DNA of 64,000 nucleotides from an uncultured Verrucomicrobiae bacterium (GCA_963764165.1 CAVXRD010000003.1:139060-203059), one strand, 5' to 3'. Positions 1-10,236 are shown, counted from the stretch's first letter. Notes: generated by a model not told the origin, from the sequence alone. Program-made: numbers and translations.

Positions 1-45
1 TGAGGTGTTCTCAGCCTGCCAAATCGCGATTGGGAGGCAGGAAAC

Positions 46-652
46 ATGAATCCTAAATTGCTTACCGAGGCAGGAAATCCGGAGAACCAGGATCGCGGCG
101 TCGTCATTTACGATGGACCGCGCATCGTGATGAGCGTGGCGGATGGCGCGGGCGGCCGCAGCGGCGGCACCGAAGCCGCGTGCCGGGCGATTGAGTGGAT
201 TCGCGAGAATGTTTCAAATATGCATGACGCGGAATCTTGTTCTCAAATCCTCCGTGATTTGGACGAGAAAATTGCCAGTGATCCACAGGCGGGCGAAACG
301 ACGTGTGCGCCCGCAGTGGTGACGCGTGATGAAATCTACGGCGCAAGCGTCGGGGACTCGAGTATTTGGATGGTGCGGAATGACGGCGCGCACGATGATT
401 TTACGCGCGATCAAGAGCGAAAACCGTTCATTGGGACTGGTGCCGCGTGGCCAGTATCGTTTCGGCATCCGAGACAATCTGGCTGTCTCCTGCTGGCTAC
501 AGACGGTTTGTTTAAATACGCCTCCGCGGAACGCATTACCAACGCCTGCCTGCAAGATGAAGAAGTTGCCGGTTCTCAGCTCATCGGCCTGGTTCGGGTA
601 CTCGTCAGGTGCTTTCCCAGATGACGTTACTGTTGTGCTTTGCAGACTTTAA
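46..652 (+). CDS. PP2C/SpoIIE-like protein phosphatase with a +1 frameshift near 597 (assembly error or pseudogene)
   Basis: Motifs VADGAGG, VGDS and LLLATDGL in ORF 46..624. Removing one G from the GGG run at 596-598 restores the expected ending LVRYSSGAFPDDVTVVLCRL*, with the stop at 652. Confidence 0.8.
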
Positions 653-795
653 GCGATCGATCACGAAATGTAATTCAACCTGACAGTTGCAATGAAACCG
701 CAGCCATTTTTAATTGGCGCCGCAGGTGTTCTTCTCTTAACGTGCCTTGACTGCCGAGGGGAGACAACCGGCGGATAATTGTTGACACGCATTAA

Positions 796-2220
796 ATGAT
801 GAAAGTCCACCCGCTTTATCTCAACGGCGAATTTGTGACGACGGAGAAAACGTTTCCCGTCAAGAATCCCGCCACCACCGATGGCCTCGGCCAAATGTCG
901 TCCATCGACAAGCCGCTTCTCAAAAAGGCAGTCCAGGATGCTCACGCGGCCTTCCCGGCTTGGCGCGCCCTGACCGCGAAGGCGCGCGGGGAATTTCTCC
1001 ACAAAATCGCCAATGAACTCGAGCGCCGCCGCGACGAAATCGCGCGCATCATGACACAGGAAGCGGGGAAACCGCTGGCGCAAAGCGCCGGGGAACTCGC
1101 GATGACGTTCGATCACTTGCATTGGTTCGCCGAAGAGGCTAGACGCGGATATGGCCGCATCATTCCCCATCAAACGGACGGCAAGCGAAACCTCGTTATC
1201 AAAACTCCGATTGGGGTGGTGGGAGCGATTGGGCCCTGGAATTTTCCATTAGTGCTCGGTGTGCGGAAAGTTGCGCCCGCGATGGCGGCGGGCTGTCCTG
1301 TCATTTTGAAGCCCGCCTCCGCCACTCCGTTGTGCAATGTGGCCTTTGCCGAGGCCTGCCACGCCGCCGGAGTGCCGAAGGGCGTGTTCCAATTGGTGGC
1401 TGGTTCAGCGTCGCAGATCGCTGGAGAATTTCTCGAAAATCCACTCGTGCGGAAAATCAGCTTCACCGGTTCGACGGAGGTGGGGCGGAGTTTGATCGCG
1501 GGCGCGGCGGCGCTTATCAAGCCTCTCTCCCTCGAACTTGGCGGATTGAATCCCGTTCTTGTGTTTGACGACGCCGATTTGGAAAAAGCGGTCGACGGCG
1601 CGATGGTGGCCAAATTCCGCAACACCGGCCAGTCATGCATCGCCGCCAACCGCATTTACGCGCAGCGGGGAATTTATGATCGTTTTGTGAAGCGTCTGGT
1701 GGAGAAGACGGCAGCGTTGAAGGTCGGAAACGGAATGGAGCCAGATGTCCAGATCGGCCCGCTCATCGACGAGAACGCTGTCAACAAAGCATTGGAGCAT
1801 ATCGCCGACGCCGTCCAGCGCGGCGCCCGCGTGTTGTGCGGAGGAAAGCGGCTGGAGCGGTCCGGCTATTTTATCGAGGCGACCGTTCTGGCGGATGTTC
1901 CAAAGGACAGCCTATGCATGCGCGAAGAGACATTTGCGCCAGTGGCTGCAGTGACGCCATTTTCGACGGAGGCCGAAGCGATTGAGGCTGCCAATGGGTC
2001 GCCGTTCGGCTTGTCTGCTTATGTTTTCACGCAGGACTTGGGGCGCGTCTTTCGAGTCATGGAGCAAATCGAGGCCGGCATGGTCGCAATCAACGACGGC
2101 CTGCCGACGACCACCAACGCGCCATTCGGCGGTGTCAAACAAAGCGGCTGGGGGCGCGAGTTGGGAAGCGAAGGGCTTGATGCCTATCTCGAAACCAAAC
2201 ACGTTTCTATCGCCATCTGA
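796..2220 (+). CDS. gabD: NAD(P)-dependent aldehyde dehydrogenase, succinate-semialdehyde dehydrogenase-like
   Basis: Motifs PWNFP, FTGSTEVG, LELGG, FRNTGQSCIAANR (catalytic Cys), EETFAP and PFGGVKQSGWGRE. Confidence 0.85.
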   Translation: MMKVHPLYLNGEFVTTEKTFPVKNPATTDGLGQMSSIDKPLLKKAVQDAHAAFPAWRALTAKARGEFLHKIANELERRRDEIARIMTQEAGKPLAQSAGELAMTFDHLHWFAEEARRGYGRIIPHQTDGKRNLVIKTPIGVVGAIGPWNFPLVLGVRKVAPAMAAGCPVILKPASATPLCNVAFAEACHAAGVPKGVFQLVAGSASQIAGEFLENPLVRKISFTGSTEVGRSLIAGAAALIKPLSLELGGLNPVLVFDDADLEKAVDGAMVAKFRNTGQSCIAANRIYAQRGIYDRFVKRLVEKTAALKVGNGMEPDVQIGPLIDENAVNKALEHIADAVQRGARVLCGGKRLERSGYFIEATVLADVPKDSLCMREETFAPVAAVTPFSTEAEAIEAANGSPFGLSAYVFTQDLGRVFRVMEQIEAGMVAINDGLPTTTNAPFGGVKQSGWGRELGSEGLDAYLETKHVSIAI

Positions 2221-2279
2221 CATAGGCGTGAAAATTGACCATGAAATGCGCCGGTATTAGTGTGTGGGGGGCAGAAGAT

Positions 2280-3617
2280 ATGAAAGCGGGAAATCAATTC
2301 ATTTGGAGCGTCTCGCTGGCGCTGGGGCGTGGTCAAAAGTGGGTGATGCGCGCCAACAATCTGGCGGAGCGCGGCTGTGTCGGAGACCCGCCGCAGCAAC
2401 GCGCAATTAACCGGCGCGCTTGGCTGTGCAACGCGCTGCGGCTGGTCTTCGACACAGCCGCGCTCCGCCGCAGGCCTGATGTCGCTCACCCGCTTCCAAC
2501 TGCAACCGTGGCGCTGTTGTTATTATTTGTTCAGGCTCGCGCCCAGGATGCCGGCAACATTTCCGTTCGCAACGAGGTCCGGCACGCGGAGGCCAAGGGG
2601 CGGGCCTGGCTTGAATCGAAACAGAATACGAACGGCTGGTGGTCCTCGGCCGATCACCCGGCGCTGACCGCCCTGGTTGTGACGGCCTTGCTCGGGCCAG
2701 CGCCGGAAAAAACGATGTCTCCCGCCATCGAAAAGGGTTACGATTACATGCTCGGCTGCGTCCAGGCTGATGGCGGCATTTACAAGGATGAACTGCAGTC
2801 TTACAACACGTCTGTTGTTTTGACGGCGCTGGCGTTGCGAAACCGGCCTTCCGACCAACCCGTTATTGAAAAGGCGCGTCACTATTTGATTGGCCTTCAG
2901 GTGGGAGACGCGCCTGTGGACGGCACGAATGGCGTCTTTAGCGGCGGGATTGGCTACGGCGGCGCGCAGAAACGCCCTGATCTTTCCAATACTTTGCTTG
3001 CGCTCGAAGCGCTCTATCATACCAAGCCTGCAACGCTCGATGCAAATGGCGCGAAGGCTCCCGATTTGAATTGGAAAGCTGCCATCAGGTTCGTTCAGAA
3101 TTGCCAGAATCTTCCGGGTTCCAACGCGCAGCCATGGGTGGCCGACGACCCAAAAGACAAGGGCGGTTTTGTTTACGCGCCCGGACGGAGCAACGCGGGA
3201 GAAACCAATCTGGCTTCCGGCAGAATTGCGCTCCGCTCATACGGTTCGATGACTTATGCGGGCCTCTTGAGTTACGTTTACTCCGATCTGAAAACCGACG
3301 ATCCGCGGGTGGCGGCCGCGCTGGATTGGCTGCGCGGAAATTATACGGTGGAGGAAAACCCGGGAATGGGACAGCAGGGGCTTTATTATTATTATCTTTT
3401 GATGGCCAAAGCCCTGACCTTTGCCAATGTTGACACGCTCGAAACCGCTGGCGGCAGGAAGATCAACTGGCGCGAAGAACTGGCGCTGAAACTCATCAAC
3501 CTCCAGCACGGCGACGGTTCATGGGCCAATGGCGCCGGGCGGTGGTGGGAAAAGGATCCAATTCTTGACACCGCCTATGCCGTGACGGCGATGGAGATGC
3601 TCGAAAACAAGCTGTGA
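2280..3617 (+). CDS. Exported prenyltransferase/squalene-oxidase repeat (alpha/alpha-toroid) protein; start uncertain (2235, 2280 or GTG 2508)
   Basis: QW-like repeats (QNTNGWW, QADGGIY, QHGDGSW), DGGF-type motifs, SYGSMTYAGL and a signal-like segment ending ARA-Q. No DxDD motif; PDLSNT occupies that position. Confidence 0.75.
   Translation: MKAGNQFIWSVSLALGRGQKWVMRANNLAERGCVGDPPQQRAINRRAWLCNALRLVFDTAALRRRPDVAHPLPTATVALLLLFVQARAQDAGNISVRNEVRHAEAKGRAWLESKQNTNGWWSSADHPALTALVVTALLGPAPEKTMSPAIEKGYDYMLGCVQADGGIYKDELQSYNTSVVLTALALRNRPSDQPVIEKARHYLIGLQVGDAPVDGTNGVFSGGIGYGGAQKRPDLSNTLLALEALYHTKPATLDANGAKAPDLNWKAAIRFVQNCQNLPGSNAQPWVADDPKDKGGFVYAPGRSNAGETNLASGRIALRSYGSMTYAGLLSYVYSDLKTDDPRVAAALDWLRGNYTVEENPGMGQQGLYYYYLLMAKALTFANVDTLETAGGRKINWREELALKLINLQHGDGSWANGAGRWWEKDPILDTAYAVTAMEMLENKL
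2366..2466. repeat. REP-like inverted doublet, family A (GGAGCGCGGCTGTGTCG.AGACC.GCCGCAGC)
   Basis: 2366-2397 and 2435-2466 are near-perfect reverse complements. Related copies lie at 22060-22110 and 23980-24011. Confidence 0.8.
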
Positions 3618-4387
3618 AATTCCGCGCGAGGATATTTATAGCATTGATGATTGCGGCTGGTCTTGTTTCCGTTTCCGCCCGGCAGGACCCGGCCCCCGCG
3701 GCGCCCGCGGAAACGAAGGCTCCCGAGGCGCTGATGACCGCGCTGACGAACACTCCGGTGAAAGAAATCGAGCCGGGCATCTATGAGATCGGCTTGGTGC
3801 GGTTAGATTCAAAGGCGCGCACTGTGACTTTTCCCGCGACGCTGAACAAAGCGCGCGGGCTGATGGAGTATTTTGTTGTCACGGCCTACGGCAAAACCCA
3901 CGAGAGCATTTTGAAGACAAAGGCCGAGCCGTATCACATTCACCTTGCGATGGTTTTGCTGGGCGCTCACGGGCCGGGAGACACGAATTTTTCCGGCGCC
4001 CCGGCCGACGGCGTTCCCGGGCCGATTGTGCATCCGTCCCGCGATTCCGTCCCGGGCGACAAAGCGGGAGTTACTGTCAAGTGGAAGAACGGGCAGGATG
4101 AAGTGCGGCACGCCGCGGAGGAAATGGTTTGGAAGAAGGATGACCGGAAAACGATGGGGCAGGGGATGTGGACTTACAACGGCTCGCTCATTGTGCACAA
4201 TAAATTTCTAGCGCAATTGGACGGCTCGCTGATTTCGCTCGTGACAGACCCGGTGGCTCTTGTCAATAATACAGGGCCCGGCCACGAAAACGACCTTATC
4301 TGGGAGCCGAACACGAATAACCTCCCGCCAGCCTCCACCCCCGTGGAAGTGACCATTACGCTAGCTGGCCCGCCGAAACCCGACTAA
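3614..4387 (+). CDS. Exported YdjY-like domain protein
   Basis: Signal peptide; EYFVVT..GKTHESIL and HIHLAMVLLG segments; GTGA overlap with the upstream stop codon. Confidence 0.6.
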   Translation: MKFRARIFIALMIAAGLVSVSARQDPAPAAPAETKAPEALMTALTNTPVKEIEPGIYEIGLVRLDSKARTVTFPATLNKARGLMEYFVVTAYGKTHESILKTKAEPYHIHLAMVLLGAHGPGDTNFSGAPADGVPGPIVHPSRDSVPGDKAGVTVKWKNGQDEVRHAAEEMVWKKDDRKTMGQGMWTYNGSLIVHNKFLAQLDGSLISLVTDPVALVNNTGPGHENDLIWEPNTNNLPPASTPVEVTITLAGPPKPD

Positions 4388-4396
4388 CACCCGGCA

Positions 4397-6346
4397 TCAC
4401 GGTGCGCGCAACACATCGTCCAAATTCGTAACAATCGCTTCGACGGTGTAGGGCTTGGGAATCAACCGCTTGGCGCCAGCTTCGAGAACTTTTGCCTGCA
4501 GCTCTTTGTTCGGCGAACCACTGGAGGCGATAATGCGAACGTTCGGCTTGATGACCATCAGCGCCCGAATCAACGCATGTCCGTCCATGATGGGCATAAT
4601 AACATCGGTGATGATAACTTCGATTTCATCCTTGTGCCGCGCGTAGACGGCGACGGCTTCAGCTCCGTTGGATGCAGTCAATACAGAGTAGCCGTAGGCT
4701 TCCAGCGTCTGCTTAGTTAACGTCCGAATGGCGGCCTCGTCGTCCACTACAAGCACGCATTCGCCGTGGCCGCGAACAAAATGAACCTCGTCCGTCGGCG
4801 GGGCGGATGCATGCTGTTCCGCAGCGGCCGGCAGCCAGATTTCAAAGGTCGATCCGGTGCCAAGTTCGGATTCAAGCTCCATGAATCCTGCGTGCGTTTT
4901 GACAATTGCCAGGGAGGTTGAGAGGCCAAGCCCCGTGCCGAGACCCTGGCCTTTCGTGGTGAAGAACGGATCGAAAATTTTGCTTTTGATGACAGGATCA
5001 ATGCCGGTGCCTGAGTCCTTCACTTTAATGACGACATACTTTCCGGGTTCCGCGCCATCGGGTCCACCTGGGGTAGAGCCGTCAAGCAATATGTCCTCTA
5101 CCGAGACGAGAAGCTGTCCGCCGTCGGGCATCGCGTCCCGCGCATTGATGCAGAGATTGAGAAGCACTTGGTGAAGCTGAGTCGGATCCGCCATGACGAT
5201 CCATGTGCTCCTCGGCAGATGCGATTTGACACGGATGGTTTTGGGAAAGGTCTGCCGCGCGATGCTGACGATTTCACGGATGATGTGCTGCGGCTGGACG
5301 GCGAGCCTCTGGCCCTCCATGCCTCGCGCGAACGACAGCACTTGTTTGACCAGATCAACACCGCGCTGGGCGCTGCCCTCGATCATTTCCAGGAGGCTGC
5401 GCGGCCGCTCTTCGTGAACTTCCTTGGCCAGCAAATCGCACGACATGATGATGGGGGCGAGGACGTTGTTCAAATCATGCGCGATTCCGCCCGCAAGCAT
5501 GCCAATATTCTCGAGCCGCTGCGCGCGTAGAAACTGGTCCTCCAGGCGGCTCTTGTCCTCTTCCAGTCTTTTGCGCTCGGTAATGTCGATCAAAGCACCC
5601 ACGATTTTAGCAGGGCGGCCCGGCTCGTTTTGGACAAGTTTGCCGCTGTCTTCGATCCAATGATAGATCCCGTTTTTGTGCCGGATTCGGTACTGCGTTG
5701 AGTGCGTGCCGGCCGCCATTCCCTTTGTGGCTCCCTTCACTGCGCCAGCCAGGTCGTCTGGATGAAGGCAATCTGTCCACCACGAAGCTGTCATCGTTTC
5801 CGCTGCCGAGTATCCAAGCATTCGTTCGATATTCTCGCTGACTCTAACTGGAAGGAATTGTTGGCCCTGAACTTCCAATTCGTAAATGACGACCGGGCTG
5901 TGCGCGACCATTTGGCGAAGCGCTTCATGCGTGCGGCGCAAATCGGCTTCGTCAGTGATGCGCTGGCGGCGGAGTTGGGCTTGTTCCAGCGCCCGTTCGA
6001 CGGCGCTGCCAAGGCGTGCAATTCGATCTTTAAGGAGATAATCGGTCGCTCCGTGCCTCATAGCTTCCACTGCGGCATCTTCTCCGACGGTGCCGGAGAC
6101 AAGAATGAAAGGTATCAGCAGCCCGGTTTCTTGAAGAATTTTCGCGGCGCGCAATCCGCTGAATTGCGGAAGTGAGTAATCACATAGTATCAAGTCAGGG
6201 AGCTTCTTGATTTCCGTCACAAAATCCGCCTCGGTTTCAACTCGTGTCCACGATGGATCGAACCCGTCGCGCTTCAACTGCGCCAGAATCAAGCCAGCAT
6301 CGTCGGGCGAGTCTTCAACCAGGAGCAAATGGAGCGGCCTCTTCAT
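4397..6346 (-). CDS. Hybrid sensor histidine kinase (REC-PAS-HisKA-HATPase-REC)
   Basis: LLLVEDSPDD receiver; PAS/PAC segment (WTDCLHPDD); GIAHDLNN H-box; QVLLNLCINARDAM; FFTTK; GTGLGL; C-terminal VLVVDDE receiver. Likely start MKRPL at 6346. Confidence 0.92.
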   Translation of the reverse strand: MKRPLHLLLVEDSPDDAGLILAQLKRDGFDPSWTRVETEADFVTEIKKLPDLILCDYSLPQFSGLRAAKILQETGLLIPFILVSGTVGEDAAVEAMRHGATDYLLKDRIARLGSAVERALEQAQLRRQRITDEADLRRTHEALRQMVAHSPVVIYELEVQGQQFLPVRVSENIERMLGYSAAETMTASWWTDCLHPDDLAGAVKGATKGMAAGTHSTQYRIRHKNGIYHWIEDSGKLVQNEPGRPAKIVGALIDITERKRLEEDKSRLEDQFLRAQRLENIGMLAGGIAHDLNNVLAPIIMSCDLLAKEVHEERPRSLLEMIEGSAQRGVDLVKQVLSFARGMEGQRLAVQPQHIIREIVSIARQTFPKTIRVKSHLPRSTWIVMADPTQLHQVLLNLCINARDAMPDGGQLLVSVEDILLDGSTPGGPDGAEPGKYVVIKVKDSGTGIDPVIKSKIFDPFFTTKGQGLGTGLGLSTSLAIVKTHAGFMELESELGTGSTFEIWLPAAAEQHASAPPTDEVHFVRGHGECVLVVDDEAAIRTLTKQTLEAYGYSVLTASNGAEAVAVYARHKDEIEVIITDVIMPIMDGHALIRALMVIKPNVRIIASSGSPNKELQAKVLEAGAKRLIPKPYTVEAIVTNLDDVLRAP

Positions 6347-6868
6347 GTTGGGCCTCCGGATAAGGGCGTGATTAATTTGAATTCCAAATGGATCCTCCGG
6401 GCGAAAGGCTGGGATGGAAAACATCCAAAACCATCGCGTGGAGCGTGCCGCGTTGCCCCCGCGGGTCGTCGCGCCCTGGCGAATCGCGTCGCTCGCGGGC
6501 TGATCTCAAGTCGACCGTGGGGATTGCGTGTGTCAAATCAAAGGCCGCCAAAGGGCGTGGGACTTCCAAATCACAAAACATGCGGCAATGCGGTTTGCGG
6601 CGGAACATAGGACTTCGCGCACGGCAGCCATAGCCGGTCAAGCCGTCCGCCGTGGACTTCGCGACAGTACAAAATATATAGTTGATGAAATTCGCATTCC
6701 CTATGAAGTTCCCCATTGGCCCCCATCGCATCTCATCCAAAGAGACGCTGTTCGGGCCGCTATAGTCTTCTGCGGACGCGGCGGGATGACGTTTAAGCGC
6801 CATGCTCATTGGAATAAACCAGCCTAATCTCAATGTGACAGTGATGTCAATAATGAAAGCGCAAAAGG

Positions 6869-7627
6869 TCACGAATTTTTGGCCCGCTTTCCGTTTGCCT
6901 CCCGCATGAGCGCCCATTGCAAATTCAACCAGGGGGTCGCCTCGCCGAGGCTTTGAAAATCCAGCGGCTTGACAATAAAGCAGTCCGCCCCGCGGCGCTT
7001 GCATTCCGCCATCTCGGGTCCCTCGTGCGATGCTGTCAAAATAACAACAGGAATGTGCATGGTGCGCGGGTCGGCCTTGATGCGGCGCAGCACCTCAATG
7101 CCGTCGATCTTTGGCAGATCCAAATCCAGCAGTACAAGGAGCGGTTTGCTGGAAGGCATGCGGCGGGCGAAGCGCCCGGTGTAAAATAAATAATCCAGCG
7201 CATCCTTGCCGTCGCTGACGACCTGGATCGGGTTGGCCATTTTCGCTTTGCGGAATGCGCTGATCGTCAGTTCGGCATCCTCCGTGTTGTCCTCAACCAT
7301 CAGTATATCCACGAACTCGGCTTGGTGCCCATTGCCATGGGAGCCGTTCTTGCGCTTGGGGCCGGCGTGGGGCGCCAGCAGCAAGTCCGCTATCGAGACA
7401 CGCAGTGCTCCAGCGAGCTTTTCGATGCTCTTCAAGGTCACGTTTCTCCCGCCGCCCTCGATTCCTGCGATGTAGGTGCGGTGCAATCCCGCGCGCTCTG
7501 CCAATTCCTCCTGCGACATTCCCAATTTATGCCGCAGAGTCCTGACGGAAGTACCGAATCCCGATATAATTTGCGATTCCAACATTAAAGCTTGGTTGAG
7601 AATCTTAAAAGACCGGCCATTCGACAA
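6869..7627 (-). CDS. XRE-family HTH fused to a C-terminal Rcp1-like receiver domain; true start probably about 15 codons further in
   Basis: MSQEELAERAGLHRTYIAGIEGGGRNVTL is an XRE HTH. DILMVEDN..LLDLDLPKIDG..FIVKP is a receiver domain. Confidence 0.85.
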   Translation of the reverse strand: MSNGRSFKILNQALMLESQIISGFGTSVRTLRHKLGMSQEELAERAGLHRTYIAGIEGGGRNVTLKSIEKLAGALRVSIADLLLAPHAGPKRKNGSHGNGHQAEFVDILMVEDNTEDAELTISAFRKAKMANPIQVVSDGKDALDYLFYTGRFARRMPSSKPLLVLLDLDLPKIDGIEVLRRIKADPRTMHIPVVILTASHEGPEMAECKRRGADCFIVKPLDFQSLGEATPWLNLQWALMREANGKRAKNS

Positions 7628-7967
7628 CAGACTACGAGTAACAATTTACATTTTCCTGAAATGCGTCACTCATAGGCTGCATTCCCCGGGCTGCAACGCT
7701 GGAAAGTTTCCCGGATTCCCGCAAAAAAACGCGGCCCAAAATCACGAATTATTGCGGTGGTCGCCGTTAAAGCATCACATGCCTTTCAACATTGTCAATT
7801 AGTGAAAAACCTGAACGCGCGCGCAGTTTTGCAAGGGCGTCGCCCCCCCTGCGGCACCATAGGGCCGCGTCGCGGCCGAATATTTGCGCGTAAAAGAGAG
7901 GGGATGCATGATAAAGTGGTAATGGTATTGACTAAGTTTCTGGCCTGCTTTGATAGGGTGCATTTTG

Positions 7968-8285
7968 CTACTGAGTTTCACCCGGGAGGGCTGCGGCCAC
8001 CCGGCGCAAGTAATCGAAGGAGAAAATTCCCGAACTGTGGCCGTCAGCCCATACGGGCTTCAGGCCGTAACCGCCGACAGACTCAATTCGCGCCAGTTGA
8101 AACGACCGGGCCGGGAGCGGGTTGTCCGGGCCTTTATGGAGGTTCCCCATGATGTCGCGCTCGCCCATGCAGCCTGCGCACGGACAGGCCCGGCGCAAGG
8201 CCTCAAGCGGGATAAAGCTTTCAGAATTGTCGTCCCACTTGACCGCTAGCTCCCCGCCGATTTGCTGGATGTCGATGGGGTTCAA
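7968..8285 (-). CDS. DUF971 / GBBH-like N-terminal domain protein
   Basis: LAVKWDD..LRRACPCAGC..VGGYGLKPVWADGHSSGIFSFDYL. Probable TTG start at 8285, just after the upstream stop codon. Confidence 0.8.
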   Translation of the reverse strand: MNPIDIQQIGGELAVKWDDNSESFIPLEALRRACPCAGCMGERDIMGNLHKGPDNPLPARSFQLARIESVGGYGLKPVWADGHSSGIFSFDYLRRVAAALPGETQ

Positions 8286-8292
8286 AAGGAGT

Positions 8293-10233
8293 TTAGTTGT
8301 GCTGCAGCCATGCGTGGATGTTGGTGGCTTGCGCGTTTTTGGGATCGATCTGCATGGCTTCGAGATATTGTTCGCGGGCCAGCTTCGGCTGGTCCAGCCG
8401 CTCGGCGTAGAGATTTCCCAGGAGCAGGTGGCCTCGAATATCACTCGGATGTTCCGCCACCAATTTGCCGAGCTCATGCACGGCATCCTCCACATAGCCG
8501 CGTTTTTGCAGCACCCACGCAAAGGCGTATCTCGCGTCCGCCGAGTCCGCTTTCAAGTTGGAGGCGTGGTAAAGTTCCACCAGCGCCCCCTTGTAATCGC
8601 GAGCATCCACGAGAGCCAGGCCGAGGCCATAAGAAGCGTCGTAAGAGCTGGGGTCGGCGGCGACGGCGTCGCGGTAGGCTTGGACCGATTGCAGAACATC
8701 GCCCAGTTGCCGCGCGCGAATGGCCTCTGCAATGAGCCGATGGGCCTGGGCGCGGTCTCCGGGAATCGGCGTGATTGGCGGCGGATAATCGAAGTGGGAT
8801 CCCGCCGGGGCGGGAGGCGGTTCGTCCGCATCAGGCGCGGGCGCACTCATTTTTTCGCCCGGTTTCGGTTTTCCGGAAAACCAATTTGCCGGGTTGAGCC
8901 GCTGCGCGATGGATTTGCGCGAGACGTGATTCGTGTCGGAAACCACCGGCGCCGGAATTCCGCCCGGGCTATTGACTGCCAAGTCGGCGCTAGGCGCGGA
9001 ATTACTGACGGCCGGCGCGGTCGCCATGGGAGGAGATGCCTGCGGTCGGACGGGTGGTGTTTCAGTTGAAGCAGGAGCCGGGGCTTGCGCCAGCGGTTGG
9101 GCCGGTGGCGGCTTTTCCAGCTGGTCCGGAACGACGATCGTTTGAATCGGGGGATTCGGCTGAGTCACCTCTGTTTGTGGCGGCGGCGATGGCCGTGTGA
9201 TTGGCCTTGCTGACTGCGGCAAGGGATTTGCCGCCGGTGGCGTGGGCGAGGGAACGACAGATTGAGCCGGCGGAGCAATAATGGCCTGCTCGCTGGCAAT
9301 TTGTTTGACAGTACTTTGCGGCGGAGGATTCGAGCGAACCACCGGTGCCGGGGCCGCTCGAGCTGCGGTCTTCGACGGAGTAATGGAGATTTTCATGCTC
9401 ACATCGAGGTCTTTCGCAATGGTGGCGACTTCCCTGGCATGCGGAGGGGGCGGGGTGATGGCCAGATAATCGCGATAAAGGCGCAGCGCCTGGGTCGGAT
9501 TGTTCAAATAGGTTTGCGACACGATCGCGAGATTAAGCAAAGCGGCGTGATAATTTGTGTCGCGGCTGAGCGCAAGGCCGAAGTTGGTCGCGGCGGCCAC
9601 GCTGAAATTCGGGCCCGGCGAGCGCCTTAAAATGTCGATGATGCCAATGGCGTTGGCCGAGTCCGGCGTTCCCCCGAGCTTTTCGGCCGTTTCGAATTCC
9701 TTGCGAGCGGCATCGAGAAAGCGGGGCTTCTCCGCCGCCGGCCGCTCGTAACTGGAACGCAGCAGAATCAATCCGCGCTGGATGTAACCTTGCGCATCCT
9801 TCGGACGAAGCATCGTGTAGGTGGTGAAGGAATCGTCCGCGGCGCGGAGATCTCCCTGGCGCATGCGCAGACAGCCAAGATTGTAGTAGACAGAGGCATT
9901 ATGCCGATCGAGCCGTTGGGCCTTGACGAAAGCCAGGCTGGCGGCGTCCAATTTGCCGTCGCACGTGTAAGCCAGGCCAAGCAGGTTCCACGCTTTTGCC
10001 TGCGTCGCCACGGGGACATCGTTCATCACACGGAGCGCTTCGCGCGCCTGACCCGCGGCCTCGGCGTACCGTCCAGCTTGAATATCCGCTTCGGCCTCGT
10101 GCAACTCGCGCCCGCCCGGCGGCCCGCAAGCCGTCAGCAGCAACACGGCGGCGGCAGCGACGACAATAGCGCTGGAGAATCGGCACCGTTTTTTTGTCGT
10201 CATCATGGGGGAGGGTGGTAGCATCCGCCGCAT
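8293..10233 (-). CDS. Probable lipoprotein with N- and C-terminal TPR repeats and a Pro-rich linker
   Basis: Lipobox-like LLTAC; TPR patterns (AWNLLGLAY, YYNLGCL, GHLLLGNLY); long P/A/S/T-rich central region. Confidence 0.8.
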   Translation of the reverse strand: MRRMLPPSPMMTTKKRCRFSSAIVVAAAAVLLLTACGPPGGRELHEAEADIQAGRYAEAAGQAREALRVMNDVPVATQAKAWNLLGLAYTCDGKLDAASLAFVKAQRLDRHNASVYYNLGCLRMRQGDLRAADDSFTTYTMLRPKDAQGYIQRGLILLRSSYERPAAEKPRFLDAARKEFETAEKLGGTPDSANAIGIIDILRRSPGPNFSVAAATNFGLALSRDTNYHAALLNLAIVSQTYLNNPTQALRLYRDYLAITPPPPHAREVATIAKDLDVSMKISITPSKTAARAAPAPVVRSNPPPQSTVKQIASEQAIIAPPAQSVVPSPTPPAANPLPQSARPITRPSPPPQTEVTQPNPPIQTIVVPDQLEKPPPAQPLAQAPAPASTETPPVRPQASPPMATAPAVSNSAPSADLAVNSPGGIPAPVVSDTNHVSRKSIAQRLNPANWFSGKPKPGEKMSAPAPDADEPPPAPAGSHFDYPPPITPIPGDRAQAHRLIAEAIRARQLGDVLQSVQAYRDAVAADPSSYDASYGLGLALVDARDYKGALVELYHASNLKADSADARYAFAWVLQKRGYVEDAVHELGKLVAEHPSDIRGHLLLGNLYAERLDQPKLAREQYLEAMQIDPKNAQATNIHAWLQHN

Positions 10234-10236
10234 AAG

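Noticed and set aside
2280-3617. Squalene-hopene cyclase
   Set aside because: It has a single toroid domain, is too short, appears exported, and has no DxDD motif.
6424-6870. GGACTTC occurring three times, and short ORFs, in the intergenic region
   Set aside because: Too short and irregular to distinguish from chance; no coherent structure.
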